A stretch of DNA of 10,041 bases from an uncultured Deinococcales bacterium (GCA_964247135.1 CAXTTL010000181.1:1-10041), one strand, 5' to 3'; numbered from the stretch's first letter, positions 1-7,623 are shown. The notes: generated by a model not told the origin, from the letters alone. Numbers and translations: made by a program.

Positions 1-181
1 TCAAGACGATGTGCCTGGTGCGTCGTTTCGGTGGTTGAGTATAGGCTGACTCGAGCACCGCCAATGCTCTGGTGGCTTGCGGATAGCCGTACCATTTCAT
101 GGTTGAGACAAAATACTTGCGCTCGTCAGCACTCAACTCGAGGGCGGCTCGGGCATTCGGGTGCAGGTGATCGGCGGGCAT
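1..181 (-). CDS. tniB: TniB/TnsC-family transposition NTP-binding protein, 5' part (runs off the window start; absent from the ORF track)
   Basis: Hand translation from ATG at 181: MPADHLHPNARAALELSADERKYFVSTMKWYGYPQATRALAVLESAYTQPPKRRTRHIVL..., open to the edge. It fits the TniB N-terminal pattern (HL-x-P...L-x-A-D-ER...W-x-GYP-x-A...LE...P-x-K-x-R) that precedes Walker A. The start overlaps the transposase stop (TGATG). Confidence 0.88.
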   Translation of the reverse strand, partial: MPADHLHPNARAALELSADERKYFVSTMKWYGYPQATRALAVLESAYTQPPKRRTRHIVL

Positions 182-2121
182 CAGCGTCCCACTTTGGGAA
201 TTCGCACATTCGTGTACAACCCACCTGGCGTGGTTCTCAAGGGAGCTTTCAGCGCGGCAACCTCGAGCTTCACGACTTGCTCCTGGACGGTTTGAAGCTT
301 AGATGGCGGAGCTTTCAAGGCAGTCTTCTGTGCCGCCTTGTCTGCGATTGCCCGTTCTGCCACCCGTTGTTCTCGTTGCTCGAGCTTCAACTGCCCCTCA
401 TACACCTTTTCGCTTGCCTGGTCTCCCCTGCTTTTGCGTTTCGCCTTGTTCGAGCTGCGAAGGTCCCAGAGGGTGGTTAACGCCATCGGTTTGACCGAGG
501 GCACCTCGATGTATTCATCCACGTCAGGATCAAGAAAGTAGATCACCCGCACATCCGATGGATCGCGGCGCAGCACAAACTTGCGTCCTTTGCGGCTCGC
601 CCCAGGTTCTTTCGCCAAGACAAAACGTCTGAGCGATGGATGGTAATAGAAGTTCGTGTCCAGGCTGATGCCCTCACGCTGAACCGTGCGTTCCTCAAAT
701 GGCAGGAAATCCAAGCGCAATCGTGCCACTAGATCAGCCGTGAGCCGGGCTGGAACACCCCTTCCAGGCTGTTCGACGTTGCCTTTGAGTCCCTCGAGGT
801 ACTTCTCCAACGGGGACATGCCAAGCTCACTGTGCTCGGCATTGTGATAGACCTCAACGATCAATTCGGTAAACCAGCCCTCGAGTTCCTCGAGCGTGAA
901 CAAATCAAACTCGTCCAGTTTGGTTTGAGAGCGGGATCGTTTGGTCTTGGGAATCGCCCCAACAATGTCCATCATCCAACCCTTCAGTGTCCCGGCAAGC
1001 CGTTCCACGTGAGCGCCGTAATTTGGTTTGGCGGGCGGGCGAAAGTCCTGTTGAATTGCGTAGCGCGGGTCGTTGCAGGCTCGCTCGAGCATCTTGCCAC
1101 GAAACTCTTTGGCGTTGTCCGCCGCCAGAATCTCAGGCAAACCCCAGCACGGCCAACTGCCGGTGATGCCGTGACGCGCTAGCATGGCATCTTTGGGCAG
1201 GAAGGCATTCACCAGGGCAAGCCCCGCCGAGAACGCGCTGGGTTTGACGAAGGTCAAACAAAACCCAATCACCATGCGGCTGTACACATCGATCACCAGG
1301 GTCGCCCAGGGTCGTTGTGGTTTGCCGCCCTGGCGTGGCACTTTCACCCGAAGCAGGGTGTGATCGATTTGCACCAAGGCGAGCGGATGGGTGGCTCGAG
1401 GATCGAACCCTTGAACGGCTTGCAGCGCCAGCGCGGCGGTGTAGCCGCCTCGAGCGCGGGCGGTGGAGATCGGATTCAGATGGTCAATCCTCGCTCGCAC
1501 GGTGTGACGGTGAGGCACGGGCAAGCCATCGGCTTTGCAGCGCTTGCGAACCACAAAGTTCACATGGCGCACGGATTTTCCGAGTTTTAGGTATTCTTGG
1601 GTGATCGCAAAATTGAGGATCGCTTCGACTCGAGCATCCAACCTGGAGGCACGGTGCGCTCCAGCTTTGCGGGCTGGTGCCAAATCCGCAATGTTGCCGT
1701 GCTCACGGTAGGCACGAATCCAACGGTAGATCGTCGTGTAATGCACACCGATGGTTTTGGCTTGGGCTTTGACCCGAGCGCCCAATTTCTCTTGCGAACC
1801 CTCGAGAAATGGTTTGATGATCTTGTACCGTGATCGGGCGATGTTCATCGAGTAATCGTCGGTTTTGGTTTTCTGAACAGCTTTTGGGACGTTGTCCTCC
1901 ACAGGCTCTGTGGTGGAGAGGGTGCCGATCGGCACGAGTTCGTTGTGACCAGTCTTGAGGTCAGAAACGATGACTTGATCCAAGTCGCCAAAGCCAACGA
2001 TGGTGACGGCTCGAGCACCATGCCAGACGACCTGACCGTGGTTCAACCAACGACGGGTTTTGGGGGTTGTGTGTTTGGCTCGAGCTACAGTTCCAGCAGA
2101 TTGCGGTTTTTTGCTCGACAT
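181..2121 (-). CDS. tniA: TniA/TnsB-family DDE transposase (rve integrase core, Mu-transposase C-terminal domain), about 646 aa
   Basis: HTH region (IARSRYKIIKPFL...IGVHYTTIYRWIRAY), DDE triad motifs QIDHT (~1357-1371), ADNAKEF (~1101-1122) and AHVERL (~997-1014), plus RPWATLVIDVYSRMVIGF, YHNAEHSELGMSP and RRDPSDVRVIYFLDP. ATG at 2121 is preferred to the track's TTG at 2157 because a TACACT box lies 5 nt upstream. Confidence 0.93.
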   Translation of the reverse strand: MSSKKPQSAGTVARAKHTTPKTRRWLNHGQVVWHGARAVTIVGFGDLDQVIVSDLKTGHNELVPIGTLSTTEPVEDNVPKAVQKTKTDDYSMNIARSRYKIIKPFLEGSQEKLGARVKAQAKTIGVHYTTIYRWIRAYREHGNIADLAPARKAGAHRASRLDARVEAILNFAITQEYLKLGKSVRHVNFVVRKRCKADGLPVPHRHTVRARIDHLNPISTARARGGYTAALALQAVQGFDPRATHPLALVQIDHTLLRVKVPRQGGKPQRPWATLVIDVYSRMVIGFCLTFVKPSAFSAGLALVNAFLPKDAMLARHGITGSWPCWGLPEILAADNAKEFRGKMLERACNDPRYAIQQDFRPPAKPNYGAHVERLAGTLKGWMMDIVGAIPKTKRSRSQTKLDEFDLFTLEELEGWFTELIVEVYHNAEHSELGMSPLEKYLEGLKGNVEQPGRGVPARLTADLVARLRLDFLPFEERTVQREGISLDTNFYYHPSLRRFVLAKEPGASRKGRKFVLRRDPSDVRVIYFLDPDVDEYIEVPSVKPMALTTLWDLRSSNKAKRKSRGDQASEKVYEGQLKLEQREQRVAERAIADKAAQKTALKAPPSKLQTVQEQVVKLEVAALKAPLRTTPGGLYTNVRIPKVGR

Positions 2122-2126
2122 TGAGG

Positions 2127-2157
2127 AGTGTAGCGCTCTACGGTGGACTGTTGTCAA
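2127..2157 (-). promoter_or_regulatory. Candidate sigma70 promoter for tniA, probably leaderless
   Basis: Minus strand reads TTGACA (2157-2152), a 19-nt spacer, TACACT (2132-2127), 5 nt, then ATG. No Shine-Dalgarno is evident. The spacer is longer than optimal. Confidence 0.5.
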
Positions 2158-2297
2158 CCTTTAGCAGCCTCGAGTATCGAGTTTTGCAGGCTTAGCTCAT
2201 CATTTGTGGTCAAAAAAGGGTGATTTTTAGCATTTTTGAGAAAAAAACGACATTTAAACTTTCCTCACTCGAGTCAGCCTCGAGCCTGGAGGAAGGT

Positions 2298-2846
2298 ATG
2301 AAAAAAACTTTTGGCGTTTTGGTGTTGTTTTGCGCATTCGGCTTGAACTCCTGCGCTCCTGAAAATACGCGCTCAGCCCTCAATTACTCGTTGCGCGACT
2401 TTCCAATGCTTCAAGGCGAAATCTGGGGTGTGGCGTTTGCGGCTGGCAGCGCCACGCTCGAATACCAAATGCGAATCGCAGAAACCCCCAAGCAACGTTC
2501 CACGGGCATATTTGGCGCGGCGCTCGAGCTGACGACCAAAAACGGCGGGACAGCCTATTTGGACCCTGACGATGACACGTTTAACATCCTGATTGCCACG
2601 GGTTCGACTTTTAAACTTTTGTGTTACGTCCCACGAAACAGCAATTTTAACGACGTACTCAAAGGCGATGGCGTTTTTCTGGATGACAACGGAAGCAAAA
2701 AAAGTGTCGGTTGCGCGATGGGCGTGCTCAGCAAACCAGCCTTGAACACTGCAACTTCGATTCGAAGGTTGGTTCACGAAGTCATATCCAACTCGCTTTC
2801 ATTGAAATCAAACCCGAGCCTGTCTTTAAAAACGATTTCCGAATAA
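2298..2846 (+). CDS. Hypothetical lipoprotein, 182 aa
   Basis: GGAGG at 2288-2292 precedes ATG 2298. MKKTFGVLVLFCAFGLNS-C is a basic/hydrophobic signal with a lipobox-like LNSC. No domain recognised. Confidence 0.75.
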   Translation: MKKTFGVLVLFCAFGLNSCAPENTRSALNYSLRDFPMLQGEIWGVAFAAGSATLEYQMRIAETPKQRSTGIFGAALELTTKNGGTAYLDPDDDTFNILIATGSTFKLLCYVPRNSNFNDVLKGDGVFLDDNGSKKSVGCAMGVLSKPALNTATSIRRLVHEVISNSLSLKSNPSLSLKTISE

Positions 2847-2875
2847 AGCCTGTTTTGGCGTTGAAGCTCGAGTTT

Positions 2876-2921
2876 GAAGACTCACCGTCGGTAACGTTTT
2901 GCTTACCGACGGTGAGTCTTC
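2876..2921. terminator. Perfect 19-bp inverted repeat between convergent genes, probable bidirectional terminator
   Basis: GAAGACTCACCGTCGGTAA (2876-2894), 8-nt loop CGTTTTGC, TTACCGACGGTGAGTCTTC (2903-2921). It lies between stops at 2846 (+) and 2953 (-). U-tracts are weak. Confidence 0.65.
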
Positions 2922-2952
2922 TCTCAATTGAATCTGTCGCAACTCACTCGAG

Positions 2953-3153
2953 TTATTGCACAACAAAACCCAGTTGCTTGGTGGCGGGTATCTTGAGGCT
3001 CACGCCGTTCTCGAGTTTGACCTCTCCCCCATCGCTGGCTTTGATATCGCTCGAGACGCTGTTCGGGTCTGGTGTGGGATTGCTGGCTGCTGGGCTGGTG
3101 GTTTGACATGCCATCATCAATGCCAATAAAAGCAAGGCTAAAATCTTTTGCAT
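2953..3153 (-). pseudogene. Short lipoprotein ORF (66 aa), probably a 3'-truncated remnant of a larger surface lipoprotein
   Basis: Strong RBS (GAAAGGAG) before ATG 3153, signal/lipobox MQKILALLLLALMMA-C, a P/T/S linker, then IKASDGGEVKLENGVSLKIPA. The last segment resembles the first strands of a ZU5-like beta domain, and the ORF stops 10 residues later. Confidence 0.55.
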
Positions 3154-3224
3154 GTTGCTCCTTTCTAACCGTGGTTTGGGAACTGTTCGGAGCATAGAAA
3201 ATGCAATCTGAAATTGGTCTGAAA

Positions 3225-4730
3225 TTACGGCTGGATGGCGGCGTTGATGTCCAGCAAACCCGCGCCGCATTTTGGACGTGAGCATGAAATCGCTTGCGCT
3301 GTATTCTCGAGCCTGGTTTTGATCTGGGCGGGCGTCCAGCTAGGATTCTTGGCAATAATGCGTGCCACGGCGGCACTGACAATCGGTGTGGCAAAGCTCG
3401 TGCCCTCGAGCGTTGCAATACCGTAACCTGCCACGCCGTTGTCCGTGACCACGGCGGTTTCGTTCGCGCCAGGTGCAGATAGGCTGACCCAATCGCCTGG
3501 GGTTGAATAGCTCGAGCCGAGCCAGTTTGTGCCGTCAAATTCGCTGGCAGCCACGGCGATCAAACCAGGAACCTCGAGGGCGTAGGCGGCGGGATAATTG
3601 GCGGGGTAATTGGCGGGCGGGTTGGCGCTTGCGCCGTCATTGCCCGCCGCCGCCACAAGGCTGATGTTTTGCGCACTCACCTCGAGCAGCACTTGTTTGA
3701 GGGCGCGAAATGGCTGTTTGCCGCCCAGGGAAAGATTGATGACTTTTGCCCCGCCCGCCACGGCTTGGCAAATTCCAAACACCACATCGCTGCCATTGCA
3801 ACGGTTTTTGCCCGCCTGGGTTTGGCAGACTTTAAATGGCAAAATCGGCGCACCGACCGCGTAGCCACGGCTTAAACCCAAACTCGAGCCAGAGATCAGT
3901 GCTGCAACGCCCGTGCCATGACCCATGATGTTCGCGCCGTAAAGTCCAAGGTCGCTGACATCGGATTGCAGCGCTCGAGGGTCGGATGGATTGTCAAAAT
4001 TGGTCAGGTTCTCCCCTACCCCCAGCGTCGCCAACAAACTCGGATGGCTCGAGACACCGCTGTCCAGCACAGCCACTTTGACATTGGCGAGGTTTGGATC
4101 ATCAATGGTTGGAATAGGGAGCGGCGTCGGTACAGCATTGGTTGCGATTTGACTGCCCGTGAGAAGCGAGCGCGGGTTGGCTTCATAACTTGGGTTAATG
4201 CGCTGAATTGCCACTTGCAGCTCGTTGAGCGCCACCGCTGTGGTCCGACCTCGAGTGTCCCTAAAGACCGCATAATGTTGATTGCAGGCGGGCAAAATGT
4301 TGCTGATGTCAGTTTGAAATTGCGTCAGGCTAAAACCGTTTTGACTGGCAATCTCGAGCGCTTCCTGTTGACTGAATGTTCCCTTCACCAGCACCTCTCG
4401 AGCCACCACATCAAGGTCATCCGCGCCGAGCACGGCTGGTCCTGGCGCGACCAATTCTGTGCCGTCGGTTTCGCGCAGCAGTACGTTGTACTCGCCGATG
4501 GGCAGGCTTGGCATGACCACCTGAATTTCAACGGCGTTGCTCGAGATGATGCTGGCATTGACAGCCCCAATCTTGACCGTGCTTCCAGTGTTAAAACCTG
4601 CGCCGCGAAGAATTACCGTCTCGCCAGCCGCCGCGACCCGAGGTGTGACACCAAGAAGTTGCACGGCGACCTTGCTCGAGTCGGCACAAGCCATCAAGAC
4701 CAGCAAAAACAGCAATTTCCAGCGCATCAT
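3225..4730 (-). CDS. S8 (subtilisin-family) serine peptidase lipoprotein with N-terminal IPT/TIG domain, 501 aa
   Basis: Lipobox VLMA-C, IPT/TIG-like segment (VTPRVAAAGETVILRGAGF...VKIG...IQVVMP), catalytic Asp (VAVLDSG), His (GHGTGVAALI), oxyanion Asn (VAAAGNDG), Ser (GTSFATP), and a C-terminal GAGLLDINAA. RBS AAGGAG lies inside the upstream gene. Confidence 0.95.
   Translation of the reverse strand: MMRWKLLFLLVLMACADSSKVAVQLLGVTPRVAAAGETVILRGAGFNTGSTVKIGAVNASIISSNAVEIQVVMPSLPIGEYNVLLRETDGTELVAPGPAVLGADDLDVVAREVLVKGTFSQQEALEIASQNGFSLTQFQTDISNILPACNQHYAVFRDTRGRTTAVALNELQVAIQRINPSYEANPRSLLTGSQIATNAVPTPLPIPTIDDPNLANVKVAVLDSGVSSHPSLLATLGVGENLTNFDNPSDPRALQSDVSDLGLYGANIMGHGTGVAALISGSSLGLSRGYAVGAPILPFKVCQTQAGKNRCNGSDVVFGICQAVAGGAKVINLSLGGKQPFRALKQVLLEVSAQNISLVAAAGNDGASANPPANYPANYPAAYALEVPGLIAVAASEFDGTNWLGSSYSTPGDWVSLSAPGANETAVVTDNGVAGYGIATLEGTSFATPIVSAAVARIIAKNPSWTPAQIKTRLENTAQAISCSRPKCGAGLLDINAAIQP
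3588..3623. repeat. In-frame 12-bp tandem repeat inside the S8 gene (two near-identical copies plus one degenerate), within the PPANYPANYPAAY segment
   Basis: Plus strand: GGCGGGATAATT GGCGGGGTAATT GGCGGGCGGGTT. Confidence 0.7.
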
Positions 4731-7615
4731 TGGACTCCTTTTATGGTTTGGGCGAGGATTTTGGCTTCAGTGTAAAACGCGGCATCGTAGTGGCTTGAGT
4801 CGCTCGGAATTTGCTCGAGTTGATGTAGCAATTGTTCGATGTGGGTTGAGGCTAAAGCGTGTTCAGCCAAAGCCAATTCGACCTCGGCGAGATTGTAGAG
4901 CGCTTCAAACTGCAATTGCGGAAAATCTTTTCCGACTTCCAAAGCCACGAGGTAATGCGCTTTGGCTTCCTGAAATTCTTGTTGGTGAAAGGCAGTCACG
5001 CCAAGATTGAACCTGCAATGGGCAATACCCCAATCGTCGCCGATTTCAGATTGCAAGGTTAAAACCCGCAAATATGCGGCTCGAGCGGCATCGTGTCGTT
5101 TCAGGACATCGTTGTACAACACGCCAAGGTTGTTCAGGCATCGCGCCAGGTTGACCACATCGCCAATCGCCTCGCAGAGCTTGACGCCCTCGAGCAAGGT
5201 CTGTTCGGATTTTGGGTCTTTTAAACCAACCAGTGCCGTGCCGAGGTTGTTGAGGGCGGCGGCAATTCGTGGGCGATCTCCCAAGGCTTGACGCAACCGC
5301 AATGCGCCCGCGAAAAATTCGGCGGCTTCGCTAAAATTCCCGCGCAAACGAGCCACCGTGCCCAAGGTGCTCCTGGCATCACTTTGCAATAACCTGGCTT
5401 CTTCGCCGCCCTCGCGTGCCAACCATTGCAACGCCTGTTCAGCCAAGGGTACGGCTTCCTCGAGTTGGTTCAGTTTCAGAGCCAAGATGTTGGCTCTGAC
5501 CACCAATGGCGCGGCTCGAGCCACCATGTCGGGGCTATGCTCCAACAAAACCTGGGCGTGATCCAGCGCTTCCAGGGCGGTTTGATGTTGTCCAAAACGC
5601 TCCAAGGCGCGACCCTGTTCGGTGAAAGCCCGAGCGCGAGTGCGCAGATCTCCCGCAATTTCGATGGCGCGTTCAAACCAGTGGCTTTGCAGTATGCCGC
5701 GTTGGGCAAAGGTCACACCTGCCTGAATAAAAACCGAGGCGGCATTTTCGCCATCGGTTTTATTCCAAACATTCTTGGCAGCCCAGTAATGCGCTGCCGC
5801 CTGAGTTGATGGGCGCAAAGCTCGAGCCGTCCGCAAATTGAGGACTTCAAACCGTGCGTGGCTTAAATCCTGTAAAGCGACTTCTCGGGTCAGGTCGTGG
5901 GCGAAAAAGAGATCATTGTGCTCAAAGCGAATCAAACCCGAAAATTCCAGCAGCTCGAGCGCCTCGGCAGTTTCCTCGAGCGAGCGTCCCGCGACCTCGC
6001 GCAACAAACCTTGGTTGGCGGTTCCCAACACCGCCAACGCGTCCAGCATTTGAGCCGCAACCGCAGGCAACCGTGCGATTCTGGCACGCAAGGCATCTTG
6101 AACCCGTGTGGGCAACACCGAATCGGGACTGCGCAACAACTCGAGCAAGAAAAATGGATTACCGCCCGAAGATTGATGCAAAACCTGCGCTCGGGTTTTG
6201 GTTCTGCCCAGCGTCTCGGCGAGCGATTCGGTGTCTTTAATGTTCAAGCCCGTCAAATGCAAATGTGACCCGTGTCCTTTGCGTCCAATCCAATCGAGCA
6301 TGGCTTGCAAATCGCTCTGGGCATTTTCGGTGTCGCGCACGGTTGCCACGACCAGCAAACCCTGGTCAGGGGGCGCACGTAGCAATTGCATGACCAGACG
6401 CACGCTGGCTTGATCCGCCCATTGCAAATCATCCAAAACCAGCAGTGCAGGCAGGTTTTGTTGCGTTAGCAAAGTGCGCCATGCCTCGAGCAAGACCCGT
6501 TCGGATAACTCGGGATGTCCAACTTTTAGGTTTTCGCCCAACAATTGCTGAATTGCCTCTTGATGCTCAACACGCAATACCGATATCGGGGTTTGCCGCA
6601 ACAAGCGCCGCAACGAGCGCTCGAGCAAACCAAAAACCGAATCCAACTGGGATGCCTCACCAAAAGCCACCAACCAACCCGCATTGGCAGCCTGATCCAT
6701 GAATGCTCGAGCCAAACGGGTTTTTCCCACGCCAGGTTCGCCGGACAACCAGACCAAACGCGCCTGGGTTGTGGTCACGAAAGCCATTTCAGCCCGCAAT
6801 TGCTGTTGTTCTTGTACGCGCCCCACCAAGGGCACTTCGGTTTCGGATTGCGAGATTTCGAGTGAAGATTTTCGTTTGACGCCAAGTTCACGTTGCAATT
6901 CGGCGAGCGCTTCACCGCGTCCCGCTCGAGCCAAATCGAGGGCTTGACGGGTTTTTGCCAAGGGTGCGACACCGAGATCATCTTGCAACGCCTGTTCCAA
7001 ACTTGCGAACACTTTCATTGCCTCATCCGGGCGCCCGAGTGCACCCAGGCACAACAACAACAAACGTGCGGCGTCCTCTCGGGGTTGGGCACTGGCTTGG
7101 GTTAGACGCAAAAATACGATTGCCTCCTCGAGCTTGTGCTGCGCTGCCAGATCGCTGCCGAGCCGCGTCGCCAAATCAAGCCGCATTTCCTCGAGCGATT
7201 CACGGTTTTGGTACAACCAAGCCTCGAACTCTTCGCCGTAGCCACGCGACCATTCCGGCAGGCGCAAACCCTCGAGAAACACGCCACGGTAGGCGTCAAA
7301 GGCAGTTTTGGTGTCTTGCTCCCAGCGAGAGCGCACATTTAAGACATCGCAAGTCCAATCGCCTTGCAAGATCAAGGTTTCGGTATCGCCGCCCAAGTGC
7401 TGACCCAAAACCTTACCCAACTGCACCCGAGCGGCTGAAACGCTGTTCAGCGAATCTGACGCGGCACTCCAGAGCAGGCGTGCAAGATCGCGGCGCTGCA
7501 ATCGCCCGTCCAAGGAGAGCATGGCGAGCATCGCTACGGCTTTCGCGCCGAGGCGCAACTCCACGCCGTCCAATTGGACGACCGGAACGCCGAGCCAGAA
7601 CAATGCCAGTGCCAT
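4727..7615 (-). CDS. AfsR/SARP-like regulator: wHTH + BTAD + AAA (STAND-type) ATPase + TPR repeats, 962 aa
   Basis: N-terminal LFWLGVPVV...KAVAMLAMLSLDG...RRDLARLLW; BTAD (YRGVFLEG...FEAWL; REDAARLLLLCL...GR...LGVAP); LVGRVQE; Walker A GEPGVGKT; Walker B LLVLDDLQWAD; SGGNPFFL; FAHDLTRE; C-terminal TPRs (ALNNLG, CLNNLG, FNLG, YNLA). The stop overlaps the S8 start (ATGA, 4727-4730). Confidence 0.92.
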   Translation of the reverse strand: MALALFWLGVPVVQLDGVELRLGAKAVAMLAMLSLDGRLQRRDLARLLWSAASDSLNSVSAARVQLGKVLGQHLGGDTETLILQGDWTCDVLNVRSRWEQDTKTAFDAYRGVFLEGLRLPEWSRGYGEEFEAWLYQNRESLEEMRLDLATRLGSDLAAQHKLEEAIVFLRLTQASAQPREDAARLLLLCLGALGRPDEAMKVFASLEQALQDDLGVAPLAKTRQALDLARAGRGEALAELQRELGVKRKSSLEISQSETEVPLVGRVQEQQQLRAEMAFVTTTQARLVWLSGEPGVGKTRLARAFMDQAANAGWLVAFGEASQLDSVFGLLERSLRRLLRQTPISVLRVEHQEAIQQLLGENLKVGHPELSERVLLEAWRTLLTQQNLPALLVLDDLQWADQASVRLVMQLLRAPPDQGLLVVATVRDTENAQSDLQAMLDWIGRKGHGSHLHLTGLNIKDTESLAETLGRTKTRAQVLHQSSGGNPFFLLELLRSPDSVLPTRVQDALRARIARLPAVAAQMLDALAVLGTANQGLLREVAGRSLEETAEALELLEFSGLIRFEHNDLFFAHDLTREVALQDLSHARFEVLNLRTARALRPSTQAAAHYWAAKNVWNKTDGENAASVFIQAGVTFAQRGILQSHWFERAIEIAGDLRTRARAFTEQGRALERFGQHQTALEALDHAQVLLEHSPDMVARAAPLVVRANILALKLNQLEEAVPLAEQALQWLAREGGEEARLLQSDARSTLGTVARLRGNFSEAAEFFAGALRLRQALGDRPRIAAALNNLGTALVGLKDPKSEQTLLEGVKLCEAIGDVVNLARCLNNLGVLYNDVLKRHDAARAAYLRVLTLQSEIGDDWGIAHCRFNLGVTAFHQQEFQEAKAHYLVALEVGKDFPQLQFEALYNLAEVELALAEHALASTHIEQLLHQLEQIPSDSSHYDAAFYTEAKILAQTIKGVQ

Positions 7616-7623
7616 TGTTTACG

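Larger units (their letters stand above)
1..2252 (-). mobile_element. One end of a Tn7-like (Tn5053/Tn402- or Tn6022-related) tniA-tniB transposon that continues beyond the window start
   Basis: Coupled tniA-tniB. The minus strand from 2252 reads TGTCGTTTTTTTCTC..., a TGT-type terminus about 130 bp upstream of tniA. The boundary is tentative because the other end is not visible. Confidence 0.65.

Noticed and set aside
31-480. 149-aa plus-strand ORF
   Set aside because: Antisense to the clearly recognisable tniA/tniB junction, with no protein-like motifs.
2122-2157. TTG start of the transposase at 2157 (ORF track)
   Set aside because: That TTG is the start of a TTGACA box. ATG 2121 with an adjacent TACACT is the better start.
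2220-2297. 26-aa N-terminal extension of the 208-aa ORF
   Set aside because: The RBS and signal peptide point to ATG 2298, and the extension would cross the candidate transposon end.
2924-3538. 204-aa minus-strand ORF, possibly a frameshifted continuation of the S8 or short lipoprotein gene
   Set aside because: The S8 gene ends with a normal C-terminal motif. This frame is compositionally non-protein-like and stops at 2924, so it cannot rescue the truncated lipoprotein.
3918-4775. 285-aa plus-strand ORF
   Set aside because: Antisense shadow of the S8 gene, with no RBS or motifs.
3225-7615. Calling the STAND ATPase plus protease an Avs-type anti-phage system
   Set aside because: The ATPase has a wHTH-BTAD transcription-activator N-terminus and the protease is an exported lipoprotein, so they are in different compartments.
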